Origin: Chiloscyllium plagiosum | Lineage: Eukaryota | NCBI RefSeq assembly: GCF_004010195.1 | Contig: NC_057719.1 | Span: 60,163,051-60,227,050 of the forward strand | Direction of reading: 5' to 3' | DNA: 64,000 nt | Shown: piece by piece, positions 1-12,729 of the stretch | Layout of the letters: each line of letters begins with the position of its first letter | Numbering within the stretch: position 1 is the first letter of the stretch | Translations under genes and position numbers: made by a program | The notes under the pieces: model-generated | What the model was told of the DNA's origin: nothing | What the model saw: only the letters and a program-made list of their open reading frames with translations | Databases searched by the model: none

Positions 1-710
1 GACTCTGGCACCCGGGAGGCAACAAACCATCCGAGAGTCTCGCCCATGTCCACAGAATCGCCTGTCCGTCCCTCTAACTAGAGAGTCTCCTATAGCTAGC
101 GCTCTCCTCCTCTCCCCCTTTCCCTTCTGAGTCTCAGAGCCAGACCTCACGCCACAGACCCGGTCACTGCAGCTTACCCCTGCTAGGCTGTCCCCCCCAC
201 CAGTATCCAAAGCGGTATACCTATTGTTTAGGGGAATGACTACAGGGGATCCCTGCACTGCCTGCTTCCTCCCCTTCCCACCTCTAACTGTTATCCATCT
301 ACCTCTGTTCTCTGGCGTAACTATGTCCCTGTAGCTTCTATATCACCTTCTCAGCCTCTCGAATAATCCTCAGTTCATCCAACTCCAGTTCCAGTTCCCT
401 AACTCGTTCTGTGAGGAGCAGAATCTGACTGCATTTCCTGCAGATGAAGTCGGCAGGAGTATCGGTGGTCACCCCTACCTCAAACATCCGGCAGGAGGAA
501 CATTCCACTGCCTGCGCTGCCATTACTCTGCACTTCGTCTCCAAAGCAAGAACACTGAGTAGCTTACCTGTGAACTTTAAAGTTAGGTTAGAGGAGGAGG
601 ATGGGAGGGAGGCCCTGGGGTCTAGAACACACCTACTCAAATATCAATCACTTACCTTCCCGACCAGCTCTGCGCTCCAACCTCACTTCCGCCCAGCTCG
701 CGGAATCTTC
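1..710 (-). mobile_element. CR1-clade LINE 5' end and ORF1 (zinc-finger/leucine-zipper + GDSL/SGNH esterase), frameshifted, runs off window start
   Basis: ORF 338..640 contains MAAQAVECSSC...FICRKCSQILLLTERVRELELELDELRIIRE (CxxC..CxxC plus leucine zipper). After a frameshift near 340, the minus strand at 1-108 translates RRALAIGDSLVRGTDRRFCGHGRDSRMVCCLPGARV, the GDS esterase motif typical of CR1 ORF1. Confidence 0.9.
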
Positions 711-1403
711 TGAGGGCATTTGGGTGACAACAGTGACACTTCATCAGTAACAGAGTCTCATATTTGTAAATATATTGTTATTTTACTTCACCTGTCTGGA
801 TGATATTGTAAGTGCAACTACAAGAATCAAATTTTACACCTACTCATCCTTAGCACAATACCATATTAGAATCCTGTAAAAGGAGTGCTGCTTCTTCCCC
901 AATGCTCAGTGTCATATAACATCTTTATGGAACCCTTAATGTGACCACCCAAGTGGCTGATTAACCATGTCCAAGTCCCTGCTCTGATCTTTGTTTTACT
1001 GTGTCAGTACTCCTGGACTGAAAATAGTCTCTTGACTTGACTGAGGAGCAATCTTCTGAGACTTTGAGACATAGCTATTTGATTGAGACACATGCTGTGT
1101 ACCTGCTGCATATGCTCCTCACAGATGTGATATTGACTCAGCACTGTGCCATAAGCCAACATTATGTCATTTTGGCTGATCATTGCTGGAAATCATAGCA
1201 ACCTGCCTGGCTTTCTGTCTACACTATAAGTCAAGGCAAGACAGAAGCACAATGAGCCTGAAGGTTCTGAATGAGATGGCAAAACACAAAAAGGTGAAGC
1301 CAAGCAGAGATGCTGTGAAATCCAAGTAGGCAAAATGTGAGTGTGTGCTAAGACAGCTTGCCTGTATATAACAGAAGTAACCTATATTACTACCAGCAAC
1401 TAG

Positions 1404-1568
1404 ATATATTACTCAGCTCTAGAAGTCCTGTGTAACACATTTAAGGAGCAATTTTTAAATTTGGTTATTCATAAAAGTACCATTCATATCAAAGTATGCT
1501 CTCTGAAAATAATAACATGTTACAATATGATCCAATCACTTCAGCCTCATTTTTTATGATGTATTAAA
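1404..1568 (+). repeat. Diverged direct repeat, copy 1 (partner 2810-2978)
   Basis: Shared blocks in the same order: CTAGAAGTCCT-GTGTAACA, TTGGTTATT, CTCTCTGAAAA, CACTT(C/T)AGCCTCATTTT. Confidence 0.8.
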
Positions 1569-2809
1569 GAGCTCTGAGATGCATTCTGCACTAATCCATG
1601 AGAAGGATTTCTGTGCCTGCATGCCTGGCAGGATCATTACAAAGCAAGGTGTCAGTAAATTCCAAATGTAGTGCTGAAATGTAGAACAATATTCCACATG
1701 ATTCGAAGATCTATGATGATGTAGTGAGGCTGGTGTGTGTCCAATGCAAATCTCTGTCGATGGGGGTGCAGGAGATCTCTACCTATTGTTTGTACTCTGA
1801 GGTGTTAGAGAATGCAGGCCAAGATTGAGGCCTGGAGGAGCAAACCGCAAGATGGAGCCACTAGGTACTCTTTCTGACTTGCATATTGTTTTCACCGCAT
1901 GGGAGAAGAGTAAACTTCATTTAAATGAGGTGAGAATTGGTGATAATGAGATGTTAATACATGCAAATGGGCCTCTCACCAGTGAGATTCTCATCTCACT
2001 GTTCAAACTTTGGGTGCAAAATTGGACTTCCTGCCTTGGCACTGAGAATCTATATTTTCTCATCTCAGAAAACCGTTTTCTCAAGTGACTCATCTTCGCC
2101 CATGCTGTTCAGGGGCTAGGAAATTTCAGCCTGTGATTCTCATTATTTCCGAAGTAGAACTCATTATTTTTGTCTCTGTCTCTTTCTCAAAGGTAGAGGA
2201 GTAAGTAGTCTCACAGCACAAGTCATAAATATTAATACATACAGATGTAAAATAGGTGCCATGATGACAAATCTAACAATTGGACAGCTGTCTGCTGGAG
2301 ATACTTCTAAATTCCTCAGGGTATAGGATTTACCTGAGGGCCCCCAGCTAGCAAGGAAAACTACCCAAGTACTATTCTATCATATGGACAAGCTGCCTTC
2401 ACAGGACAGACAGGTTTTGGCAACTTGTCCCGACTGTTACAATGAGCCTGAGGAAAAACATTAAGACAGTCATCGAGTCTTCAGGCTCGGTGTGCCCTGT
2501 AAGAATGTTATCGGTTACTTGCCCAAAAAGGGATGACAGCAAGTTTAGGCTCCAGTAAGTAGGACATATAGCAGGTATGTCAAAAGTCGGATAATATGAT
2601 CACTGTAATCCAATCACTGCCTTTTAATTTTCTTTAATGGAATCCACAGCTTCATTTAGGTTTCTGTCAGATGTTCTGCTTTTCTGACAGAAAGTGTAAT
2701 TAATTTAAAAATCAGCCTGGTGATGCATTTAAAATATTCACATTTCCACTTTTGTTATGTCAAGAAGAGCAATGATTAGACAAATTTTACACATATCTAC
2801 CATGAGCCA

Positions 2810-2978
2810 ATATATAATACCCAGACCTAGAAGTCCTTGTGTAACATATTTTACAAAGAACAAATTTTAAAATTGGTTATTAATAAATGCACCACTCATA
2901 TGCACTCTCTGAAAAAAAAACAACATGCTACAACATTTTGATCAGGTCACTTTAGCCTCATTTTGTATCATGCATTAA
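2810..2978 (+). repeat. Diverged direct repeat, copy 2 (partner 1404-1568)
   Basis: Colinear alignment by eye with 1404-1568. Confidence 0.8.
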
Positions 2979-3042
2979 GGTGGGTAAAGAAAATCCTTCA
3001 GTGTTTGCTTCAATAAAATAATGTAGATTAATAGACAAGGAA

Positions 3043-3170
3043 GAGTTTTTGTGATGCAATGGTATATCCTAACCTCTGAGCAAGTGGTTATGTGTTCAAG
3101 TCTAAATACAGAACTTCAAGAAAGTTGCATTCATAACATGGCAAAACAGGTTGAGTATTATCTTAAAGAT
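3043..3170 (+). mobile_element. Decayed tRNA-derived SINE head
   Basis: A-box-like GTGATGCAATGGTA and B-box-like GTTCAAGTC. Same family as the minus-strand copies at ~10645-10740 and ~56730-56830. Confidence 0.5.
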
Positions 3171-3754
3171 CTTTCCAACACACACAATGGCATGCAGTGA
3201 GAGCTGATAGTAATTCCTGATCAGCCATAAAATAGAAAGAATTGTGAGTCTCTAGATCATTATCCACAACTCTATGCAATAATAGTACAAGTTCCCACAG
3301 CAACATCTTGGGCAGCAGTTAGCTTGGTTGGCTGGATGGCCAGTCTGGTTCAGATCTGTGCATGCTGTTCAATCCCCAATCTCACTGGGGTATGTCCAGA
3401 TCACTCTCCCTAATATATTCCTGGTACAGATCATGGCGCTGAGAGTTGGATCTTACTTCAGGCAGAGAACTCAAGAAGAATATAAAAATAATAAAGAAGG
3501 TTAAAAAAGTCATTGAAATATATTCAATGATTTTAGTACAATAACTGGAGAAATAGGATGGTTTTGAAAAGTTAAAATAAAATACAACATAGCTCAGTAT
3601 GAAGTGTATTCAATAAAAAGGAACAATTTGACATTGATTTATTCCTGGTTAATTTCCTGAGGATTTAAACATGGGAGGGGAAACTTTGACTTTAACAGGA
3701 ATTAAAGTTGATCTATATACCAATACAGAAGTTTCACCTGATTCATAAGAAAAA

Positions 3755-3900
3755 TATGATGAATTCGAGCAGGAGTGGATTATTTGACCCCTCAAACCTG
3801 CACCCCTCGCAATAAGGCAATGGTTGATCTGATTGTGGCCAGAACACTACCTTCCTGCTCGTCTCCCATAACTCTTGACTCTCTTATAGATCAAGAATTT
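3755..3900 (-). mobile_element. CR1-clade LINE 3' end fragment
   Basis: Resembles the reverse complement of the CR1 3' UTRs elsewhere in the window (GAGCAGGAGT..ATTTGACCCCTC..CCTGC..GGTTGATCTGATTG). Confidence 0.6.
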
Positions 3901-5559
3901 GAAAATGGGAACTTAATTAATAAACTATAAATGGATTATATCAAAAGAAGTGAAACTTCTAAAAGGTAAGTTTAAATCTTCCTTTGCAGAGCCGGGAAGT
4001 GTGCCAAGTTATCCTCTGCGTTTTACTAGGATAATTTCAGCTCTTGCTGCTTCAGAATCACTCTCACTCCATCATCCATTCAAGACTCTGCTAAATACCA
4101 ATCTCCACAAGATCTATTAGAGCTGTAGGAGACCCTCGGGCTGAACTTAGCTCTCTGAAAACTGAGGTCTAATCTAGCTGCGCCTGTTTCCAGCTGATAG
4201 TTGGAATGGAATGGGAAATGTGCTGGGTGAGCAGCCAGCACTTTGCACCAGTTTCCCATTCAGGGAGTTTAAATTCTTCCTAAACATCAAGATTGGGTGA
4301 AAAATTCAGGTAAAATGAGATTAGAAGGGTGCTTTATAAGTGAATCAGGTCACATTGACATAATTCATGCACATTTTAATGTCATATATTCCTTTAATGC
4401 AAGATACTGTTATTTTATTTTATTATTCGTAATTAAATAGTAAAGTGTTCGTTTGAGAAGCAGATATGGGAGATAATTGTAACCTAAATACTAAGTGGGA
4501 AACTGGTGTAATTGGGTGGAATATTGGTTTATATGCTTTACAACCCAATATTGCTTTCGAGTGACATTAATGTAGAGTTGCAAGGGGGACGGTCTCAAAC
4601 CAACAATCCACCTGATCTAGCAATTTTTTAACAAGTTCAAGGTTAGAAAATGGCCTTTTGTTGAGTCACTTTGAGTACAGGAATTTCATTGCAGTACATG
4701 TCCATGTGCTGTCCAGGGGAAACGATAGAAGTGCCACTACTGTTGTTCATAATGTTTAGTTATACATGTTCACACATAAATTTATAATGAAAGGCATTGC
4801 CGGGAACTTATACAAATATCAGGTATTTAATATATCATTAATATGCTATACAGATAGGGGAACATCTCTTTCCTGTAAGAGAATATGCAAAATAATTACA
4901 CAGAATGTTACATAACAGAATCTGAGCAACAAAGGATTGCAAAAATTGTTATTTGAAGTAAGGTTTATTTCTTTGACTTGAAAAACTAACCAAAACAAAT
5001 GTAGCCACTGCAGAAAAAAATATGGTATTAGATTTCTGAGAGAAAATATAAACACGTTAATATCTGCATGCTTATCTCATTAAAAAGGATTTTCCATCAT
5101 CAAAACTCATACAACTCTATATAAAGGAACATTAACAGAGTAAATGTCTAAGGGCACAGAAATAATACCTTTGTTATTAATCATTTAAAAAAATTAAGTG
5201 TTTGCTATGCATGCACTTCTCATTAAAGGAAAAAACATGTCAAATGTTTTTGAGCGGCTCTAAATATTGTTTAGACAGATTATGAGAGAAAGCCAGCAAA
5301 GAGCATATCAACAAGCAGTAAGAACTACAAAAATATAAAAATGAAGAGAATAGCTAAAGTCATTAGTGATCCTGGAGACTTCAATACTGGAGAATAACAA
5401 ATGAAAGAACGAAGGACACAAATAATAGGAAACAAGGAAAGAAGAAATAAATAAATTAACATTTGTCTTCACAGTGGAAGACACTTGAAGCAAGCTAATA
5501 ATTGTTGAACATTGGGGCAAAAGGGAAGGAGGGAGAAAATGAAAACAATCATTATTACA

Positions 5560-6310
5560 AAATAAATAGTATTGGGCAAACTAATGGGACTAAATGCTGA
5601 CAAGTTCCTGCAGCTGATGGCTCATATCCTAGAGTTTTAAAAGTAATAGCCACAGAGATATCGAATGTATTAGCTGTTATCTTCTAAAATTCTCTAGAGT
5701 TTGCAAGGTCCCAGCAAATCAGAAAGCAGCACATGTAACATCTCTATGCAGGGGAGGAAAATGGAAAGGAGTCTGTTTGCAGCCAGTTGGCCTAACACTG
5801 AGCAAATTACAGGACATTTATAAAATCATATTTCAATCAGGAAAAGTCCACATATATCAATGAAAGAGGAATTGTGTTTGACAAACTTATCAGAATTCTT
5901 TGAGGACTCAAGGAGCAAGCAGGCTGGATTTAGGAGAACCAGCTGGGTTTATTTGGATTTCCAAAACAGCTCTTTGGATTAAGGTTTCTTACTATCCAAG
6001 GTAAGAGTTCTGGGTTAAAAATAAACCCTGAAAGAACTACAGATGCTGTCAATCGAAACAAAAACAGAAGTTGCTGAAAAAGCTCAGCAGGTCTGGCAGC
6101 ATCTGTGAAGAGAAATCAAAGTTAACGTTAACTTTGATGTCTCTTCACAGATGCTGCCAGACCTGCTGAGCATTTTCTAGCAACTTCCATTTTTGTTTAA
6201 GAGTTCTTGGTGTTGGGATAAGACATTTGCATGGAAAGAGGGCTGGGGAATGACCAGAAAACAGAGAATTGAGTCGCAGGATTGCAGTCACAGGATGAGA
6301 GTTGAGCGAG
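5560..6310 (+). mobile_element. Decayed CR1-clade LINE reverse-transcriptase fragment, interrupted by a Penelope palindrome
   Basis: Degenerate CR1 RT DNA (..TGTTTGACAAACTTATCAGAATTCTTTGAGG.. = CLTNLSEFFE; ..TTGGATTTCCAAAA.. = LDFQ), resembling 53455-53650. Confidence 0.75.
6015..6197. mobile_element. Palindromic Penelope-type pseudo-LTR insertion (family B)
   Basis: Inverted arms GCTCAGCAGGTCTGGCAGCATCTGTGAAGAGA... / ...TCTCTTCACAGATGCTGCCAGACCTGCTGAGC meet without a loop at AAAGTTAAC|GTTAACTTT. Flanked by the direct repeat TAAGAGTTCT (6002-6011, 6198-6207). Confidence 0.8.
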
Positions 6311-6877
6311 GGTTGAAACGTACCATACTTTGGCCAAGTTTCATTTTGTCAAGTTTTCTACAGGGTTTCTGTCTACAAGTTGCCACAAGCCTGTTTGTAT
6401 TATCCCACATTCACCTCATTTAAAACCTACCATGCCCTACCATTCTTTGTCGCCCAATGCTCGGCCAATTCTACTTCTCATTATAGCTGGAAGATCTCAC
6501 TACTCTCTGGATATTCCAGAATAGACAGGCACCATTGGCTCGTTAAAATAGCATTGTGCACCCAGATAAATGCTGACATTTCAAAGATGCCCTGTATGGC
6601 TGCACACAACCCAGAGGGCATGGCAGATATGGGGGAATCGATGATGCAACTATGACCACATCCTTGATATTCTAGTGGATGTCACTACTGCCGACACAGC
6701 ATTCCCTCAAATGATTCTACCAGGTACTGAAAATCGTGATCAGAAAAAGCAAGAAAGTGGCCAGGTTACTCCTGTGACTTCAATGTTAGGAATTCTTGCA
6801 TCTAGTTTCTTTCCATTCCATGGTGCAATAGGAAGTTTCATATTAATGAGGTGAGATTCATTGTTAGAATTTTTTTT

Positions 6878-7200
6878 TAGAATTAGAATCCTTCCAGTGT
6901 GATAACAGGCCCTTCGGCCCAACAAGTCCACACCGAAGAGTAACCCACCCAGACCCATTCCCCTACCCTATATTTAACTCTAACTAATGCACATCCCCGG
7001 ACACTATGGGCAATTTAGCATGGCCAATTCATCTAACCTGCACATCTTCATGATTGTGGGAGGAAACCAGAGCACCTGGATGAAACTCATGCAGACATGG
7101 GGAGAATGTGCAAACTCCACACAGGCAGTCACCTGAGGCTGGAATCGAACCCGCGTCCCTGGTGCTGTGAGGCAGCAGTGCTAACCACTGAGCCACCGTG
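6878..7200 (-). mobile_element. HE1-type V-SINE (shark tRNA-derived SINE)
   Basis: Minus strand: GGCTCAGTGGTTAGCACTGCTGCCTCACAGC (A box), GGTTCGATTCC (B box), V-domain GTGTGGAGTTTGCACATTCTCCCC, CR1-like 3' tail. Confidence 0.93.
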
Positions 7201-8371
7201 AAGGTGATTATGAGCAACAGTCCCTGTTATTAGGCATCTCACCATTCCCTGGCAAGAACCTATTCTCAACATCCAGCATTTTGTTGGTAAATGCAACTTG
7301 TTCCTGTTGATGGCGGAAAAAAACATATTGGACTTCTCAAGCAATTCTCCCACATTTCTCGCCATCGCCGATGTTAAAATTCAACTCTGAGTGCTTTTAA
7401 ATGAGTGACTGCCCCAAGTACTTGCAACATTTACCTTACAGGCTTTCTGCATGGCGAGCCCTTTGATAACTACCAGCAATAGGTAAATACCAGCAACAGC
7501 CAATGATTCCCAAGAGGCCCACCTACCATTGATCTAACCAGGGTAATGGGAGGACGATGATGGGGCTAACACCTGATTCAAAGTTCCCCCAGCACCAAGC
7601 TCACCAAGGTGGAGTGGGATTAAAGTGAACGTAAAGCAAAGTGAATGGGCACAAATGTGGCAGACAAATATAATGTGAGAAAAAGTAAGGTTATCCAGAA
7701 GGTTAGGATTACTAGTATTGCAAAATATTATTAAATGGAGAGAGATCACAGCATACTGTCTTATAGGGAATTAGAGTGTCCTCATAAATGAAACACACTA
7801 AACATCGAGGCACAGTGTTCAGGAAGGCAAATGGGTATATTGGTCTGCATTGCATGGAAACTGGAATAGAAAAGGAAGGAAGACTTGCTAAGCTGCACAA
7901 GGATTTGTTGTGACTGCGTCTATAGCATTGAGATAAGTTTTTGTTTCCTTTCTTAAGGAGGGATACACTCTACTGGAGAAGGCTCAAAGAAGATTCACTG
8001 TTTGGTTCCTGGGATGAAGGGCCTATTGAGGAGAGGTTAATCAGATTGGACCCATACACAATGGAGGTCAAAAGAAAAAGAGAGAACTTACTGAAATATA
8101 TCATATTCTGAAGAGGCTCAACAGGATAGATGTTGAGGGGCTGTTTTGTGGTGAAATCAAAAACTAGAGGATATAATTTCAGAATGTAAGGGTCACCAAT
8201 TTAAAAGGGAAATGAGGAGGAATTTCGTCACTCAAACAATCACTTTTTAAAAATTATCTACTCTGGAAGCAATGGAAGTTTAATCATTGAATATATCCAA
8301 TGTTGAGATAGACAGATTTTTGAACTATAGGGGAATCCACAGTTATAGGGAACAGGTGGGAAAATGTCCTT

Positions 8372-8591
8372 ATCTGCGTGGGTTTCCTCCAGGCACTCTG
8401 GTTTCCTCCCACAATCCAAAGATGTGGAAGTTAGGTGGATTGGCCATGCTAAATTGCCTGTAGTGTTAGGTGCATTAGTCAGGGGAAATGTAGAGAAATA
8501 AGGGAATCGGTCTGGGTGGGTTACTCTTTGGGGGGTCAGTGTGGACTTGCTGGGCCGAAGGGCCTTTTCTCGCACTGTAAAGGTTCTAATC
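8372..8591 (+). mobile_element. 5'-truncated HE1-type V-SINE
   Basis: TCTGCGTGGGTTTCCTCC...GGTTTCCTCCCACAATCCAAAGATGTG...GCCATGCTAAATTGCC...GGGCCGAAGGGCC, ending in the TCTAATC tail. Confidence 0.9.
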
Positions 8592-8597
8592 TCTTAG

Positions 8598-8808
8598 GGG
8601 AGAAAGTGAGGTCTGCAGATGCTGGAGATCAGAGCTGGAAATGTGTTGCTGGAAAAGCGCAGCAGGTCAGGCAGCATCCAGGGAACAGGAGAATTGACGT
8701 TTCGGGCATAAGCCCTTCTTCAGGAGAAGGGCTTATGCCCGAAACGTCGATTCTCCTGTTCCCTGGATGCTGCCTGACCTGCTGCGCTTTTCCAGCAACA
8801 CATTTCCA
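8598..8808. mobile_element. Palindromic Penelope-type pseudo-LTR insertion (family A) with hammerhead motif
   Basis: ~85-bp inverted arms (8635-8719 / 8725-8809, one mismatch). 15-bp TSD GTTCTAATCTCTTAG (8583-8597, 8809-8823). CUGAAGA-stem-GAAACGUC on the minus strand. Confidence 0.85.
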
Positions 8809-9766
8809 GTTCTAATCTCTTAGTCCAATATGACACCAGCCATAAAACTACTGAATGACAGAACAGATATGAAGAGCATTTGGGCTAGTTCTGCTCTTAT
8901 TTCTTACGTTCTTATGCTTTCAAAAGCAGAAGTAAGAATTTGCAATAATGTCCATCCATTGTAATGGGACAGTGAGTGGGTGGCATTCACATAAAAACAA
9001 GGATCAAGTTCCAGAGCTTCACACCCCGTTAGAAGTTTCAAACTCTAGCAGGAAGTGTAGGTTGAAAATCAGCTTATGATATTTCGACACCATCCCCAAC
9101 TTCTAATCAAATCTAGTAAGGCTCACTTGATAAACTTACAAGGCACGGTTAGAGGTTAGAATGAGGAGTTAAATTCCAGTTCTTGAATTAATTTCTTGCA
9201 GACATTCATATATCTGCAAGTTTGGCTTAGCTGATATGAAACCAAACATACTTACACGATGTGGTCTGGATATAGAGGAAGATGGAAAGACTGAAGTTAA
9301 ACCCAGGTATCACATTCTATTCAAAATAAAGTGAGAAATATGCCAGTAAAGTTCTTTCCACCTAACCTTGGAGAATTGAAAGGAGTGGCATATAAAAGAT
9401 GGAAAAGAAATTGTGATCATCAACTCACTACAAAAGGTGAACGTAGTTGTAAGTAATCAAACATAACGTACTGAAAAATATCCAGTGTGAGGGAGTCATC
9501 TTTGCAGAGGAGCTGCAATGAAGATAAAACAGATCACTAAAATATTCAAGAAATCAAAGCCATGGCTATGTTGATAAATTCAAGCAATGAGATAAAGGAC
9601 AATTATCGAATGTATGAATCTTCATTGTTCAAATATCTTCATCACTGTTAGAACCCAATCAAAACAGATTCAATATTCTGCAAAAATATGTAATGGACAG
9701 TAATCCTGATTGTGCTTTCTGATAATCACATTTAACAATATCAAGTGGTAGTGAAATATGTTTTAA

Positions 9767-10110
9767 GGGTGGGAAGGTAGCTCAGTGGTTAACACTGCTG
9801 CATCACAGCGTCAGGAATCCAGGTTCGGTTCCAGCTTTGCGTGACTATCTGTGTGGAGTTTGCACATTCTCCCTGTGTCTGTGTGGGTTTCCTCTGGGTG
9901 CTCTGGTTTCCTCCCATAGTTCAAAGATGTGCAGGTTAGGTGGATCGGCAATGCTAAATTACTCATATTGACCAGGGATGTGCAGACTGGGTGGATTAGC
10001 CATGGTAATGCAGAGTTACAGGGATAAGGTAGCGGGGGTGGGTGTGTGTGATATGCCCTTCAGAGGGTCAGTGTAGACTTGATGAGATGAGCAAAAAGGC
10101 CTGCTTTTAA
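9767..10110 (+). mobile_element. HE1-type V-SINE, older subfamily
   Basis: GCTCAGTGGTTAACACTGCTGC, GGTTCGGTTCC, TGTGTGGAGTTTGCACATTCTCCC. Confidence 0.9.
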
Positions 10111-10169
10111 ACTTTAGCAATTTGAACATCTGAGGGGTTCTAAATTGTGAGTCCAGTGACCTTACCACT

Positions 10170-10630
10170 CTGGCTCTGTATCCCATCAATCTCCTTTGCT
10201 CCCAACAAAATAACTAAGTCTTTCTAATTTTGCTCTGTAATCAAACAACCCCCAACCATATCACTGCATTCACTCTGATAAATTTTCTCTGTACCCTCTC
10301 AAAGATCATCACATTTTTTTTGAAGTATGATAATTAGAACTAAATGCAAGACTCTAGTTGAAACCTATTTAGAAGTTTAGAAAGTTCAGCATTACTTACC
10401 TACTTTTGTACATGATACCTCCACTTAAGAAGCCCAAAATCCCATATGTGCAATACTCTCCCAATATGACCTGTTCCCCTGAACAACTGATGCATGTACT
10501 CCCAGGTCCTTTTGTATCTGTATTAAGTCTACATTGCCTCTCCCTGTCCTTGCTGCCTAGATGCATCCTGTTACACTTTTATGGATTCCATCATGCTACT
10601 TGCCTGCCTGCCCATTCAGCTTCCTCTCAA
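10170..10630 (-). mobile_element. Decayed CR1-clade LINE RT fragment
   Basis: Reverse complement resembles the CR1 RT C-terminal region (GAATGGGCAGGCAGGCAAG..ATGGAATCC). Confidence 0.55.
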
Positions 10631-11439
10631 GTGTAATATTTTCTAACCAACCTGTTCAGTGATATTATTGCAGGAGCGCGTGGGACTTGAACACTGTGCT
10701 CCTGACTCAGAGATAGACACTATCATTATATCAAAAGAGCGCTCTCCCCCTCAACCTTAAAAATACTAAGCTTGAGCTGGAGCAGCTGGAATCACTTATT
10801 ACACATAAAGTCACCCAAGGCATGAAATGTCCATAAGTTCCCACATGATGCAGCAACTGCAAGCAACAATTTCAGATACCATCCATAAAGTGAATTGAAA
10901 CTGTTCTGAGTTAGTACCCCGTTTAAGCTATTAATTATATTGAATACCTCTAAACCTACTCTGACGTTTTGCAATTATTAATTCAGTATTCTACTAGCCC
11001 CAGTTAAATATTTTTAATCTGCCAACTGTTAATTTGAATGAATCACTGTGACGTAAAAGCTTCAGTATAATCAAATTGAGAGTCCAGCATTTTATAGCCG
11101 CCTTCTACACAAAATGTTCAATCAAGGAGTTGGGCAATTTTCAAAAGCCCAGTTCTGACTCTGTATTCACATTGCATTTTTAGTGATCACTGAAACTGAA
11201 GAAAGTAAAAATGATCAGATTAGTTAGATTTGGGAAAGATCAGTACATCCATTCACACGTCCTTGACAATCCTCTGCTGAAACATTTCGGATGTTTAAAC
11301 TCAGGCAATTTATTACGAATTGTAATGTTTTATTAGTATTGGTAAAGTTTATGCATGGTAATTGATCTTTTTGGGAGTAACAGTTTTTTTTATAAATGAA
11401 TTAATAAAAATAAATACATGAATTAGGGTTTAATAAAGA

Positions 11440-11640
11440 TAATGAGGCAGGAGATGTGTTTCAAGTGCAGGATGTGAAATTCCCAAGGCAACCCAGAGTA
11501 AGCATGCCTTGGATAAGTGTTTGCAGCTTGATGCCTCAGAATTTATGAGCTGAAAGCTGAGCTTCAGATTCTGCAATGCATCAGGGATGGGGTATGTTAA
11601 CTAAACATTTTATTCCAAGAAGTAGTCACAACTTTACATC
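11440..11640 (+). mobile_element. Decayed CR1 ORF1 N-terminal zinc-finger/leucine-zipper remnant
   Basis: Fragments translate to CFKCRM, DKCLQL and YELKAELQILQCIRDG, parallel to the ORF1 at 338-520. Confidence 0.6.
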
Positions 11641-12729
11641 TGATTTGGTCAGTGTTCTGGGAAAAGAGCACCTACTGCAAGCTTTATCCATGATCAGACA
11701 GGGATGTTCTGAGTCATGAGGGGCTCGTAACTTGCTTCCCTTATTTTCCCTGGACTAGACTCACATGCTTAAATGCTTGCATGAACACATCCCATCACTT
11801 CAGAGATTAATAATCCTGGTCCCAGTCTACAAAGTGCCATCCTGTGTGATCTCTTAATCCTGCGACACCTGTTGCATCTTGCTGTGTACTTACTTGATCT
11901 GAGCAAGATACGATGATCATATTCAATAGACAGACTTTTAACCTCAATATATTATTTCTGACAGTGAAACAGGAATCACTGTTTCTGCTCTCTTGCTTTT
12001 TGCTGATTTCCACATAGCTATAATTAAAATGTAAGACTCAGTGGTTTACACAGTATACACATGCAATCATGTGGAAGGAGAAGCTTTTCACGAATAGAAT
12101 CTGTCAGTTGACAATGCTGGACAGGTTATAAAAGAGCCTGGTCATCGCAGCCATAATGTTTTTGCCAAGCTCCATCACAATTAACAAAAGTCTTATTCAC
12201 AGCACAAATGTGACACAAACGTTCCTCAAATTTTAAATTTCTTTTGTAATTATTTCACATGACATTGATTTAACTTTATTCATGGTTGCATCATCTTTAC
12301 TAGTTGAGATAAGCTTAGTCAGAGAATTAAATGTATTGGCATGCTTCATGGTTGACACGCATTGATTGTTAAAGTGGAGTTAAGGACATTTCTTTATTGT
12401 GGAAGAAACAATGAGTTGAATCTTTCATTTTTATTGGCTAAATGTCAGTGTTATCAAGTTTCATGAAGGGGGTTTCTGTTCACAATACTTAGTAAGATCT
12501 CTTGCCGCAATTGACCAAACTCACCTCATTAATATCTTTACCACTCCGAAGGCATCCCTCTTGCCTGATTCTAGTTGCATTCCAGAAAAACTTACTATTC
12601 CTTGAATATTGGCCAAAAGACCAGCATCCCACTACCAACAGCAGGATTAAAAGGCAGTCATGTATCTAAATGAGTATTGGTATTCTGAAGCTGCCTGACT
12701 CGTCAAAATTGTTATCGGAGAAGGGGAAA

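Larger units (their letters stand above)
7590..8917 (+). mobile_element. Decayed CR1-clade LINE 3' region carrying a nested HE1 SINE and Penelope palindrome
   Basis: Degenerate RT C-terminal DNA (GAATGGGCACAAATGTGGCAG, AGAAGATTCACT..TTCCTGGGATGAAGGG). The 3' UTR resumes at ~8830 and ends in TTCTTACGTTCTTATG. Confidence 0.75.

Noticed and set aside
840..1350. Possible Harbinger transposase remnant on the minus strand (FPAMISQND, TWLIS fragments)
   Set aside because: Similarity to the catalytic motifs is too weak to support by eye.
8516..8815. Recurring peptide KCVAGKAQQVRQHP (also 45482)
   Set aside because: Translation of the Penelope pseudo-LTR palindromes.
9767..9840. Possible tRNA genes (A/B boxes)
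   Set aside because: They are SINE heads continuing into SINE bodies, with no complete cloverleaf.
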